This document shows positions 1 through 7,787 of a DNA stretch of 28,621 nt, one piece after another. The notes under the pieces were generated by a model. That model saw only the letters and a program-made list of their open reading frames with translations, was not told the origin of the DNA and did no database searches. The position numbers and the translations under genes were made by a program. Origin of the DNA: an uncultured Eubacteriales bacterium. Its GTDB lineage: Bacteria > Bacillota > Clostridia > Oscillospirales > Oscillospiraceae. The stretch lies in assembly GCA_949744025.1 (NCBI GenBank), contig CATJWA010000179.1, forward strand, positions 1-28,621. The letters are read 5' to 3'. Position 1 is the first letter of the stretch. Every line of letters begins with the position of its first letter.

Positions 1-1328
1 ACATCGTACCTTTGAATAACAAGCAGCACCCTGTCGCCGGCCCTGAACGTGGAGTCATCGTAGTGGAAGGCATAGTTGCACATAACGGTTACGCCGTCGG
101 GGAGGTTGCAAAATACACCGCCGGCATATTTCCCCGCTATAACCGCGTAGCGGCGCGAGCCTGCCGGATGCCGGAAGTCCGCACCGTCGAAGGGATTAGG
201 CACCGTCTCCTTCACGGATATTGCCAAGTGGTTCTTCCTGCGCTCATACTCCTTCACGATGCAGTCCAGCCGGTCGCCGGAGTGGTATTTATCCCGCAGA
301 TCCGCTATGGCAGTGTAGCTCATCTCCCGCTGGGTCAAATCCAGGTCGTAGCCGCTGCAGGACACAAGGCAGCGGCGCGGACCTACTACCAGCACGTCAC
401 AGCTTACACGGGAGCCGGGGCGGTTCATTTCCGGCTGTGTCGAGAAGAAATAGCGGCGGGAGGGCAGAGCCATGCGTCGTGAGCCTATGGCCAGCCCGCC
501 CTCTCGGTCCACGCTTATAATCACAAAGTCGATGCTCGCGCCCGCAATGTTCCTAAGCACAAATCCGGGCCGCTCGTCTCCGTCCAGCCACATCTCGCTT
601 TCCGGTATCAGGATGCGCACACGGAACGGGATTACAATGGCGCAGTACATACGCCGCCATATCATCTCGCCCGTGTTTTTGTCCCGTGTGCGGATACGCA
701 CCCTGTCCACGCCGACTACCTGACCGCTCATAACGCTGCGGCCGCGGTAGGAGGCGTATATGGAGTTCCATTCCTGCCGCTGCTCGGGCGTGAGGCTGCG
801 GTCCAGCTCACGGAAATCCTGACCGAAAAACGCGCGCCGCTCATTCACAGGCGCGTCCTGCTCCGAGGGAGCAGCTTGTTCCGGCTCCGACTCTGGCGCC
901 GCTTCAGGCTGAGCCTCCGGTTTTACGGCAATGTCCGCCATGTAGTCAGCAGTTTCCTGCTCAGAAATACGGCCGTAGTCGTGCTCCTGTGCCTCACCGT
1001 CAGAGGGAAGCCCAGCATTATTTTCCTCACCATAGGGTACTTCCGCTTCCGGTGGTATGGCCTCGTACTCGCTGCCGGTCTCAAGCTCGACGGATACGAT
1101 GTCGGAGATTTCCCCAACGGGATAGCCGTCATCAATGGGCAAACCGTCCGCCTCCGGTTCTCCCTTGGGCGAGTCCTCTCCTGTGGACTCCGCATCGAGC
1201 CCCTGCTCCTGCTCTGTTTTGGTGGCCTCTGTTACGCTCTCAGGCAAAGCACCTATTTCCTCCGTCTGCTCTGCCGGAAGCTTAAGAGGCTCCATCGGGG
1301 TCTCGTCTAAAATCTTCTTTCTTGCCAT
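1..1328 (-). CDS. S1/OB-fold repeat protein (ribosomal protein S1-like) with acidic low-complexity N-terminus; 3' end outside window
   Basis: Not in the ORF track. Hand translation from ATG 1328 (RBS AGGAGGT upstream) is open to base 1: MARKKILDETPMEP... ~160 acidic residues, then GASIDFVIISVDREGGLAIGSRRMAL, KYHSGDRLDCIVKEYERRKNHLAISVKETVPNPF and FRAGDRVLLVIQRYD, which resemble the ends of successive S1 repeats. Confidence 0.75.
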   Translation of the reverse strand, partial: MARKKILDETPMEPLKLPAEQTEEIGALPESVTEATKTEQEQGLDAESTGEDSPKGEPEADGLPIDDGYPVGEISDIVSVELETGSEYEAIPPEAEVPYGEENNAGLPSDGEAQEHDYGRISEQETADYMADIAVKPEAQPEAAPESEPEQAAPSEQDAPVNERRAFFGQDFRELDRSLTPEQRQEWNSIYASYRGRSVMSGQVVGVDRVRIRTRDKNTGEMIWRRMYCAIVIPFRVRILIPESEMWLDGDERPGFVLRNIAGASIDFVIISVDREGGLAIGSRRMALPSRRYFFSTQPEMNRPGSRVSCDVLVVGPRRCLVSCSGYDLDLTQREMSYTAIADLRDKYHSGDRLDCIVKEYERRKNHLAISVKETVPNPFDGADFRHPAGSRRYAVIAGKYAGGVFCNLPDGVTVMCNYAFHYDDSTFRAGDRVLLVIQRYD

Positions 1329-1351
1329 GTTCTTTTACCTCCTGAATTTTG

Positions 1352-1879
1352 TTATTTGCCGTTCAGAGCGAAGAAGCGGTATAATCCACCATCCTGCCTG
1401 ACGGCTATGAATTGCTTATTTGAAACGGGCAGGGCCTGCGGTTGGCTCTGCCCGTCAAATAAAAGAATGATACGCTCGTGTGACGGAAATGCAGCGGTGA
1501 ACACATCCGGCCCATAGCTTGCAACGGAAAAGGCGCGCACCTTCTGTGCCTGTACACAGAAGCGCAGCAGCACAGGAGCGTTTCCTTTCCAGTAGTCCGT
1601 AAGCTCAGCTCCGCCGAGCTGGAGCATCACGTCCACGGCGTCCAGCAGCTTCAAATCAGGCCGCTGGGTACCGTGCAGATAAATAACTGCACCGTCATCG
1701 CACAGCCTGACGTTGCAGTTGGAGAGCTGGCGCAGCGCCGCGGCCGCAATCTTCGGCGCCGCCTCCGGCTTTTCCGCGCAGAACGCTGGACGGAGAAGGG
1801 TAACTATTTGATCTTTTCTGAGACCACCCACCCGTTCCAGAGCGTCAAGGATAAAACGCTGCTGCTTCGTTATAAGCAT
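1352..1879 (-). CDS. Conserved ICE hypothetical protein (DUF5697-like by recollection)
   Basis: 175-aa ORF overlapping the repA stop; motifs PDLKLLDAVDVML, PVLLRF and RIILLFD resemble DUF5697-type proteins. Family call is from memory. Confidence 0.6.
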   Translation of the reverse strand: MLITKQQRFILDALERVGGLRKDQIVTLLRPAFCAEKPEAAPKIAAAALRQLSNCNVRLCDDGAVIYLHGTQRPDLKLLDAVDVMLQLGGAELTDYWKGNAPVLLRFCVQAQKVRAFSVASYGPDVFTAAFPSHERIILLFDGQSQPQALPVSNKQFIAVRQDGGLYRFFALNGK

Positions 1880-2898
1880 CTCTGCGCCTCCCCTGGCGGC
1901 TCAGGCACCCGCAGGCTGTTGAGGTATGGGTCCAACATCAGGTCGCTCTCGCTCTCCGTGATGCAGTTGAAGATGACCGCCATAGTGTAGGCCGTGGAGT
2001 TTTTTATCTTCCTCTCCAAGTTCGCCGCCAGCTTGCTTTCCGCCTCGCGGAGTATCATGTTGTCCAAAAGACGCAGCTTCGCGCGTACACGGCCCTGGGG
2101 CAGTACGGCTTTCCCGATACGGTAGCTGTCCGAGTAGTACAGCCGCTCAATGGCGTTTTCAAATACCCTCGCCGTATCCGGCGGGAAAAAGTCAAGCTCA
2201 CAGGCTTCCAAAATTCCCATGAGCTCTTTTTCCGCTTCTTCGTCCGCCCGTCCGTCCGCGTTATTGCTTCCAACAGATTGACTGACATCAGGATAACTTG
2301 TTTTGTTATTATTTATATCTTTCTTACTTGCCAGCGGATCTCGCGGTTCTTGAGTCTCATAATCCACGGTTCTTGAGCCTCCGTTTTCGTGGTTCATGAA
2401 GAGCGTATCATGCGGTTCTTGTACGGATCTGCCGCTGTTAAGACTCTCAAAATCCGTGGTTCTTGATCCGCAATCCTCGTACTCCTCCGAATTGAATGGT
2501 ACGCATTCGTACTGCGGGTCGTACTGCGGGTCGACACAGGCGAGGTAGATCTGATTGGCGTCGCCACGGCCGCAGCGCTTCTCCCAGATAAGCCGGCTGG
2601 CGGCCAGCGCCCTGAACGCGGAGGTAACGCGCTGCTCGCATATGCGCAGCTCCCTGGCCAGAGCCTGTCTGGGGAAGATAACAAACACCTCGCCACGCTC
2701 GTTTACCCAGCCCCTCCTGCGGGAGAGCTGGAAACGGTTCAGAAGGAATGTATACGTGACCTTCGCCTCAAGGCTCAGCTCAGCGTAACGCGGGTCGCAG
2801 AACAGCCAGCGCGGCATCTGCATATAATATATATTCTGTATGTCCGTCTGCTTCATCAGGGAAAACTCAGGGCGTTCTTTCATTTGTGCTGCTTTCAT
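1870..2898 (-). CDS. repA: Replication initiator, RepA_N family
   Basis: N-terminal MPRWLFCDPRYAELSLEAKVTYTFLLNRFQLSRRRGWVNERGEVFVIF is the RepA_N winged-helix signature; low-complexity central linker; helical C-terminal domain. Confidence 0.9.
   Translation of the reverse strand: MKAAQMKERPEFSLMKQTDIQNIYYMQMPRWLFCDPRYAELSLEAKVTYTFLLNRFQLSRRRGWVNERGEVFVIFPRQALARELRICEQRVTSAFRALAASRLIWEKRCGRGDANQIYLACVDPQYDPQYECVPFNSEEYEDCGSRTTDFESLNSGRSVQEPHDTLFMNHENGGSRTVDYETQEPRDPLASKKDINNNKTSYPDVSQSVGSNNADGRADEEAEKELMGILEACELDFFPPDTARVFENAIERLYYSDSYRIGKAVLPQGRVRAKLRLLDNMILREAESKLAANLERKIKNSTAYTMAVIFNCITESESDLMLDPYLNSLRVPEPPGEAQRCL
2345..2466. repeat. Iteron-like direct repeats inside repA (candidate oriV)
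   Basis: GGTTC(T/A)TG(A/T) at 2345, 2368, 2391, 2414 (23-bp spacing) and 2458; AT-rich tract at about 2295-2330. Confidence 0.7.
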
Positions 2899-2927
2899 GG
2901 GATGTCCCCCCTTTTTAGAGATATCAC

Positions 2928-2956
2928 TTGACTGTATAAAGAAATTCGGTTATAAT
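2928..2956 (+). promoter_or_regulatory. Sigma70/SigA promoter of the Phd-RelE operon
   Basis: TTGACT (2928-2933), 17-nt spacer, TATAAT (2951-2956); inverted repeat TTATA-N7-TATAA (2950-2966) overlaps the -10. Confidence 0.8.
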
Positions 2957-2986
2957 TTTTGTATAACGCAAAGTGAGGTGAATCAA

Positions 2987-3250
2987 ATGCCTAACATTCG
3001 ATCCAGCGCGGACCTGAGGAACAGCTACAACGAAATCTCAACCTTTTGCCATAAATATTCCGAGCCGGTATTTATAACCAAAAACGGCAAAGGCGATCTC
3101 GCTGTTATGAGCATTGAGGCATATGAGGCTATGGCAGAGCGCTTTGAGCTCTACAGCGCGATACGAGAGGGGCTGGACGATGTGCACGCCGGTCGAACAA
3201 AACCCTTTTCCGAGGCCATCACCGAAATCCGGAGGAAAAGGGGAAAATGA
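2987..3250 (+). CDS. Type II antitoxin, Phd/YefM family
   Basis: Start moved to ATG 2987 after RBS GAGGTG; 87 aa MPNIRSSADLRNSYNEISTFCHKYSEPVFITKNGKGDLAVMSIEAYE is a typical Phd N-terminus. Confidence 0.9.
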   Translation: MPNIRSSADLRNSYNEISTFCHKYSEPVFITKNGKGDLAVMSIEAYEAMAERFELYSAIREGLDDVHAGRTKPFSEAITEIRRKRGK

Positions 3251-3582
3251 CTTTTCAAATCCGTATTACCTCCAGGGCGCAGGCGGACATCGAAAAGGCC
3301 GTTGAGCATATCGAGGTTGTTTTGAAAAATCCTCAGGCTGCCGACGCGCTTATTGACGCCGTCGAAGCGGAAATTACGAGTCTGTCAGCCATGCCCGAGA
3401 GATACGCGCTTGTAGACGACGATGTTCTCTCCTCTTGGGGTATACGTTTTGTACAAATCAAAAACTATCTTGCTTTTTACAGAATAGATAACACTGCCGG
3501 AATAGTCTATATCATCCGTTTTCTGTATAAGAAAAGCAACTGGGCCTCAATTCTGCGGCATGATACTCCTGTAATTTCATAA
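3247..3582 (+). CDS. Type II toxin, RelE/ParE family
   Basis: ATGA overlap with the antitoxin; 111 aa with ITSRAQADIE...LSAMPERY...IRFVQIKNYLAFYRID...VYIIRFLY. Confidence 0.9.
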   Translation: MTFQIRITSRAQADIEKAVEHIEVVLKNPQAADALIDAVEAEITSLSAMPERYALVDDDVLSSWGIRFVQIKNYLAFYRIDNTAGIVYIIRFLYKKSNWASILRHDTPVIS

Positions 3583-3619
3583 CCCAAATCGAGGCGCCCG
3601 TCCGATGTGATGGGTGCCT

Positions 3620-5782
3620 TTATATATCCTCCTCATCGTCGTCCTCCATGCCCAAAACGGCGCTGTCGGATTGCTCGCTGAACTCGGACATGCCGAGCTG
3701 CACGTTTTCATCCTCATCCGATCTTTGCGTGAGTCTGGAAGCTTTTTTCTCCTGTTCCGGTGACCCGAGCTTGTATTCAAAAGCGGGTTCCATCGAGGCA
3801 GTAACCGCAGTCACAGGCCGGCGGGATGCCTGCGTCGCCGGTGGTTTTGTATCATGCTTCTGTTCTGACGGATGTGGCCGTTGAGCAGCCTTTGGCTCCG
3901 GCTTTCTTTCCGCGGTGGGCGACTGTTTCTCCCGCTGCTTCCACTCCGGCACATAGTCCGCCACGCGGCAGGGCTTGAGTCCGGCGTAAGCGGGAAACTC
4001 CTCCGGCGTGAGCTTATACAGCAGCGCGGGCTTGTGGCCCTGAAACAATGCGATGCACTTCCGGTAATCCAGTCGCAGGACCTCATCCGGCTGCATCAGA
4101 GCGCGCTGGGTGTTGCTGCGCGTCTGCGAATACGGCCGCGTACTGGTGTAGACAGGGGAGAACAGCGGCATGAGCGGCATCTGGTTATTCGTGACCGCGA
4201 TGGTGACGTTTCCGCACTTCTCCGAGATGTACTTTGCCGAGGTCATGTCGTTGCAGCCCATGTACAATGTTTGGTTGAATGTGCCGAGCTGGTTCTCCCA
4301 CTCCTTGCCCGGATACTTTTCCTGCCACTGGGACAGGCTCTGCACGACAATCTGGCAGCTCATATTGAAGCCGCGGATGCTGTTGAGCGCGTCGGCCATG
4401 CCCTCCATGTAGCCGATGTTGCAGTATTCGTCAAGGCAGAAGTTCACCAGCACAGGGAGCCTCCCTCCGGGGCCGTGCAGTCTCGCGTAGTCGGATAGCT
4501 GCGGGATAGCCAGAGAGAAGAACAGGGAGCTAAGGAAGCGGTAGGCGCTGTCCTGCGCGGAGATTATGACGAAATACGCGCATTTCCTCTTGCCCGGCAG
4601 AGTCAGGTCCACATCGTGATTGCTGGTGATCGCATCCACCAGCGGATTCTGGTAAATCGACAGGCGGTTGCCAAGACCGGTAATTACGCTGCCCCACAGG
4701 TTCTCCTTCGCTTTCAGAAACAGCCCATGATGCCCCTTCGCCGGGTGGTCTGGGGGTAAGGCTGCCAGCTTGCGGTTTATCTCGTTGATGCTCTCATTGG
4801 CTATCATGCGGTAGGCCGCGCCGATGCTTCGCTGCTCTATAGGCAGCAGGCTGCCGTTGGCATCCTTCAGATTGGCGACATAGTGCAGCAGGGCCATGAG
4901 CAGGTTGAGCTCCGCGCGGCTCCAGAAGTCGTCGGCTTCCCTCGGTCCGGAGGTGTTCTGGATAATGGTGTTTGCCACCGTCTGTACCAGCTGGCGCTCC
5001 TGATCCAGCCCGTTCAGGCAGTTCCAACCGTCCGAGTGCTCCATGTCAAGGAAGTTGACCGCCTTGACGTAGTAGCCCTTTTCCGTGAAGTACGAGGACA
5101 TTTTTTCAAAAAGCTCCGACTTGGGATCTGTCACAAAAACTGACTCCCCACGCTCGGCGCAGCCGAGGAGGAACGGGATAATAAAGCCGCGGGTTTTACC
5201 GCTGCCCGGCGCGCCGATGCACAGCAGATTGTTGTTGTCTCCCGCTTTCATTCTGTGAGCGACATACAGAGCGTATTTGTCGGGGTCGTCCTCATGCTTC
5301 TTGCTCTTGCCCAGCATCATCCCCTTGACGTCATTAACGCTTCCCATCTCTAAAAACGTGCGCATCTCCTTTTCCGTCAGAAAGCCGGAGGTGCCGTGCG
5401 TGCCGTCGGGGAGAATATCGAAGCCGCGCTTGTCATGGGTGTACTTGTAGCCCGAAAACCATATGTAGCCCTTCTTCGTAATAAGGCAGATCAGCAGGAC
5501 AATAACCGCCGTTGCCGCCAGACCAAAGGGCGTGAATACGGCAAGCAAATTCTTAAACGGGTTCGCCACCCAGATGCTCGCTGGCTTATCCCCGCCGGCG
5601 CTGAACGTGGACGCTATGCCCAGCCGCAGGGAGTTTATGAACATACCGTAGAAGTACCATCCCGCGATTGCCGCCGGTATGCAGAGCCTGAACTTAGATT
5701 TGTTCCGCTCGTACCAGCTTCCGAGCTTACTATGTACTTTATCCTCCGCCTTTTCTATGAGCCTGGATAAGCGGGGCATCAA
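3620..5782 (-). CDS. virD4: Type IV coupling protein VirD4/TraG-like
   Basis: Two N-terminal TM segments, Walker A GAPGSGKT, VTDPKSEL, Walker B LDEYCN, QIVVQSLSQ; acidic tail. Start is TTG 5782 or ATG 5779 after RBS GGAGGAG. Confidence 0.93.
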   Translation of the reverse strand: MMPRLSRLIEKAEDKVHSKLGSWYERNKSKFRLCIPAAIAGWYFYGMFINSLRLGIASTFSAGGDKPASIWVANPFKNLLAVFTPFGLAATAVIVLLICLITKKGYIWFSGYKYTHDKRGFDILPDGTHGTSGFLTEKEMRTFLEMGSVNDVKGMMLGKSKKHEDDPDKYALYVAHRMKAGDNNNLLCIGAPGSGKTRGFIIPFLLGCAERGESVFVTDPKSELFEKMSSYFTEKGYYVKAVNFLDMEHSDGWNCLNGLDQERQLVQTVANTIIQNTSGPREADDFWSRAELNLLMALLHYVANLKDANGSLLPIEQRSIGAAYRMIANESINEINRKLAALPPDHPAKGHHGLFLKAKENLWGSVITGLGNRLSIYQNPLVDAITSNHDVDLTLPGKRKCAYFVIISAQDSAYRFLSSLFFSLAIPQLSDYARLHGPGGRLPVLVNFCLDEYCNIGYMEGMADALNSIRGFNMSCQIVVQSLSQWQEKYPGKEWENQLGTFNQTLYMGCNDMTSAKYISEKCGNVTIAVTNNQMPLMPLFSPVYTSTRPYSQTRSNTQRALMQPDEVLRLDYRKCIALFQGHKPALLYKLTPEEFPAYAGLKPCRVADYVPEWKQREKQSPTAERKPEPKAAQRPHPSEQKHDTKPPATQASRRPVTAVTASMEPAFEYKLGSPEQEKKASRLTQRSDEDENVQLGMSEFSEQSDSAVLGMEDDDEEDI

Positions 5783-6842
5783 TGACTCCTCCTTCCGGTG
5801 TCGTAAATTGTTTATGCGAGGGCGTGTGAAGCGTAAGGTCGCCGAGCGCGCCGAGCGCGTCGGGTGAGAGCGTGAATACCCTCGCCATACCCGTTTCGCG
5901 GTATCGCCTGCTCAGCACTGTTCGCGCCTGCTCCTTCAGCGCCGCCATAGAGACCTGCCCCAGCCCTTCCGCTCTCGCGCTCTCAATGGCGGTGTCGATC
6001 CTCCGCAGGTCCATATCCACGGCCATCACGAAGGGCGCGCCCTGAAATATCGCGTCCCACTCGGGATGCTCTCCTGGGGCGGGCTGAAACTGGTTTTTCA
6101 GCGCCGCCATTGTAAGACGGCGGCGGTAATCCGGCTGCGCCATGATGCGCAGCTGCAACGCTCCCGTACCGTCACAGGAAAGCAGATGCACGGGAAGAGC
6201 ACATACACGGTAAGCGTCCGCGTAGCTGATAAGCCGCCCCTCCATACTGGGTGCGTGCTGAAGCTCACGCAGCACACTCTGGTAGCTCTCACCGGCAAAT
6301 ATCATCACATGGCGCACTTTTGGAATTGCAGCGGTGTTGTTGGTGAAGCTGTTGAGCTCATCTGTCAGAAGAATGTTCCCGATGTCAGGACAAACATAAT
6401 GTACAGCGGCCAACAGCCCGTCGAGGCGCAGCAGCAAAGCAATGCGTGAATTGCTCCACGGATTTGCTCCCCGCCCCCGCATCACGGAAGGAATAAAGGC
6501 GGCGTTTGCTTCAAGCGAGTCTATCCCTGTTGTAAAAACGGGCAGTCCGGCGCGATAAGCAGTCAGGGTGAGCTTTGCAACCCGTATGCGCCTAAGGGTA
6601 TCGGCGGTCTTGTACGCAAGTGGGATGTTTTCCGGAAGGCCGTTGAAGTGAGCTTCGAGAAATCTGTTTCCTTTAGCTGTCAGCATCAGGGCGCGGCTTG
6701 CTTTATGTGTGCGAATAAGCTTTATGCTTATAAGGTTTGCCAGTGTTGTATCGTCAACTGTGCCCGCAAGGTCGGCAGGGTCTATACAGCGGCACCAGCG
6801 TAGCAGGCGCAGCAGGTCAATATCCTGTTCGCTGAAAAGCAC
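5739..6842 (-). CDS. Hypothetical protein with N-terminal winged-helix-like region
   Basis: Start moved to GTG 6842 (RBS GGAAGGAGG upstream); 367 aa; overlaps the virD4 start. Confidence 0.7.
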   Translation of the reverse strand: MLFSEQDIDLLRLLRWCRCIDPADLAGTVDDTTLANLISIKLIRTHKASRALMLTAKGNRFLEAHFNGLPENIPLAYKTADTLRRIRVAKLTLTAYRAGLPVFTTGIDSLEANAAFIPSVMRGRGANPWSNSRIALLLRLDGLLAAVHYVCPDIGNILLTDELNSFTNNTAAIPKVRHVMIFAGESYQSVLRELQHAPSMEGRLISYADAYRVCALPVHLLSCDGTGALQLRIMAQPDYRRRLTMAALKNQFQPAPGEHPEWDAIFQGAPFVMAVDMDLRRIDTAIESARAEGLGQVSMAALKEQARTVLSRRYRETGMARVFTLSPDALGALGDLTLHTPSHKQFTTPEGGVIDAPLIQAHRKGGG

Positions 6843-7121
6843 GGTTTGGCGCCTCCTTCCCGTTCCTGCGAAGCGCCGAAACCGCCCTTGCGCCGCTGCC
6901 GGCGCAAGGACAATTTCGGCGCTCCCTCCGGAACTGCTTTTCGCATTTTTCCGACGGCCCCCCGTAGATGTCGGGAAAATTCCCGATTGCACGGCAAAGC
7001 GCGGTTAAAAACAGTCCTGATTTCATGCTGTTCCGCACTCGGGAGGCCACCGGGTTTTTGCGTTTTTAACTGAAAGAAAATATAGAACACTTTTTGCATT
7101 TCTCTGATGGGGGTATGCCGG

Positions 7122-7787
7122 TTAAAATGCCGCAAAGCCGCCGCCATTCGAGCCAATACAGGAAAAGAAATCCGCGGCGTCAGCCCTGTCCAGCAGCGTA
7201 ATATGGCAGGTGTTCTCGCCGCTGCGTGTGGACAGCAGGGCAATGCCCAAAGTGTACTGGTCATCGTCGGGAATAAGCCTGCCCTTGACGGCGTTTGAGA
7301 TCGCCTTCCAGCCCTTGTTGTCCTGGTCGTATACCCCGCGCTTCGGGACATCCGAGTGCTCGTCAATCACCATGAGCGCCTGCCTGTAATATGGAAGCAC
7401 GCTCCCGCCGCTCTCATAATCGTCCAGCAGCCGTATGATCGTGTCAGAAAACCAGACCGGCGCAAGATACCGGCAGCTCGGCAGCAGAGTGTTCACACAT
7501 ATATGAAGCCAGCCATAATTTAGGCTTTCCACATATCCCGTAACCTCTCTTTTGGGCAGCACCGGCCTTCGGCTTGTCCCCGCATTGGGCAGGCGGTTCC
7601 TTTCACATAGCGTTCTCAGCGTCATTGTGGCACGCTCAAATTCCTCCATCGTTTGCTCAAGTACCCGCTGGATCTTCTCCGTGTTTTCCTGCCCACTGTT
7701 TGCCAGCGCGACAAGTCCGCCCGTCTTGGAAAAGGCATCGCCAATGAGCTTCTGCATCTGCGCCGCGCATGTCTTCAAATCACTCAT
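7122..7787 (-). CDS. RusA-like (Holliday junction resolvase fold) protein
   Basis: 221 aa; DQDNKGWKAISNAVKGRLIPDDD resembles the RusA DxDNxxKxxxD...DD motif; overlaps the virB4 stop. Confidence 0.55.
   Translation of the reverse strand: MSDLKTCAAQMQKLIGDAFSKTGGLVALANSGQENTEKIQRVLEQTMEEFERATMTLRTLCERNRLPNAGTSRRPVLPKREVTGYVESLNYGWLHICVNTLLPSCRYLAPVWFSDTIIRLLDDYESGGSVLPYYRQALMVIDEHSDVPKRGVYDQDNKGWKAISNAVKGRLIPDDDQYTLGIALLSTRSGENTCHITLLDRADAADFFSCIGSNGGGFAAF

Noticed and set aside
769-6878. Isolated TTCCTGC matches outside the array (e.g. 771, ~4319, 6863)
   Set aside because: Short matches are expected by chance and from Gln-Glu codons; they lack the full 15-mer and periodicity. The 6862-6878 copy near an RBS could be revisited if the motif proves functional.
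6843-6992. N-terminal 50-aa extension of the 417-aa ORF in the track
   Set aside because: The strong RBS before GTG 6842 and the hairpin-rich sequence indicate non-coding DNA. Similar start trimming was applied at 2987, 10450, 10755, 14968, 25126 and 27835.
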